From contig NC_045707.1 in the NCBI RefSeq assembly GCF_009834535.1, forward strand, positions 53,384,001 through 53,448,000: 64,000 nucleotides of DNA, given 5' to 3'. Made by a program: the position numbers and the translations under genes. This stretch comes from Camelus ferus. Its lineage: Eukaryota. The notes beneath the pieces are model-generated. The model did not search any database. It was not told where the DNA came from and worked only from the letters and a program-made list of their open reading frames with translations. Below, piece after piece: positions 63,024 through 64,000 of this stretch. The first letter of the stretch is position 1. Every line of letters starts with the position of its first letter.

Positions 63024-63385
63024 CTGAAAGAAGTGCAGGCACATCTTCACAGGTGCACAAGATGGATGAGGAAAAACAGCACAGTAAACTCTTACAGTGG
63101 TTTCCAGGATCCCAAATATTTCAAAGGCTGGTCCACTGAGTCACCAGCAGAGCATAAAAATGAGTCATGTGTGCTAAGTCACTCAGAACTGTGAAGAAAG
63201 AGCTGAAATGTTTAAAGAACAAACGAAGCTTGAAGCAGGACAGCTAAGGAGAAAACCTGATAGGCTTTACTGAAAACAATCTGGGACCATGATCTCAAGC
63301 TGCTAGCACGGCAGCTCACTGCTCATGACAAGGTGGGGAGCACAAGGGGCAGGAAGGGATAGTCTGGAGGGAGGCTGGCACTTAC

Positions 63386-63506
63386 CCACGCAGAGGATAT
63401 TAAAGCAGAAGCCTTGCTGAATCGACCTGTTGACCAGCTGATCAGGCAAACTCTCAAAACCCACATGGCCAGACATGGTTAAAGAACGAGTATTATCTTT
63501 TTTTTG
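63386..63506 (-). CDS. SEPTIN10: Septin-10 coding exon (approx. exon 3)
   Basis: tttcag|CAA acceptor; G|GTAAG donor. Encodes [40 protein letters not shown](G), the SEPT6-subgroup N-terminal region. Confidence 0.95.
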
Positions 63507-63619
63507 CTGAAAGAAAACAAAACAACAGCAACAACGAAAAAAAAAAAGGTTTACTGAAACAGGGTGTCGGCATATGAGAAAGGATAAACATAATTTACCA
63601 AAGAAACTCAAGACTTTGA

Positions 63620-64000
63620 TCATTATACCTCCCTCAAGATACAACTGATTAAGTTTATGAGAAGGGATGAAGACTATCAGAAAAGTAAAAGTATTGGCAA
63701 ACATAAGAGAATTTTTTGCTTGTTTCAATTTCTTGAAAATATAAATTGACTGTTTAAAGCAATAACCACCATGTATTACAGGATTATAATACACGGAGAA
63801 GTAGAACGTATGACAGTGAGAGCACAGAAGACGGGAGGGGTGGAGTCACCCCGCTGTAAGGGTTCCACATTACACACCAAGTGCTATGATACTGTTTGAA
63901 GGCAGTGAGGGTAAGTTAAAGCCCACATTAATTACTATTTTACAAAATAAAACACCAAAGAGTTTTAGCTAGTAAGCCAATGGTAGAGATAAAATGCATG
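63620..64000 (+). mobile_element. Old L1 fragment (runs off the window)
   Basis: ataaattgactgtttaaagcaataa...tgtaagggttccacattacac...agctagtaagccaatggtagagataaaatg. Confidence 0.55.

Overview
Mammalian genomic DNA, very probably from a camelid: a tRNA-derived SINE with a camelid Vic-1-like head and a camelid-type L1 3' end are present. Two genes converge tail to tail. On the + strand are the last three coding exons and 3'UTR of SH3RF3 (POSH2; 5808-~21920). On the - strand are nine coding exons and the 3'UTR of SEPTIN10 (63506-~36950); its first exons lie beyond the window. All splice phases join into uninterrupted reading frames. The rest is intronic or intergenic: L1, L2, MIR, MaLR LTRs, Tigger/Charlie DNA transposon fossils, one SINE, an RPL29 processed pseudogene with a 12-bp TSD, and a few tandem repeats. 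There is no prokaryotic-type system or CRISPR array. The best lead is an 83-nt cassette exon in the last SEPTIN10 intron. It would shift the terminal exon into a second open frame, replacing the 5-aa tail with an 86-aa Cys-rich tail containing a hydrophobic, membrane-anchor-like segment. Also noted: a GC-AG intron in SEPTIN10, signs of patchy GC-biased substitution, and a GCGTG (XRE-like) repeat cluster. Exon numbering, comparisons with human proteins and repeat family names come from my recollection and were not checked by any search.
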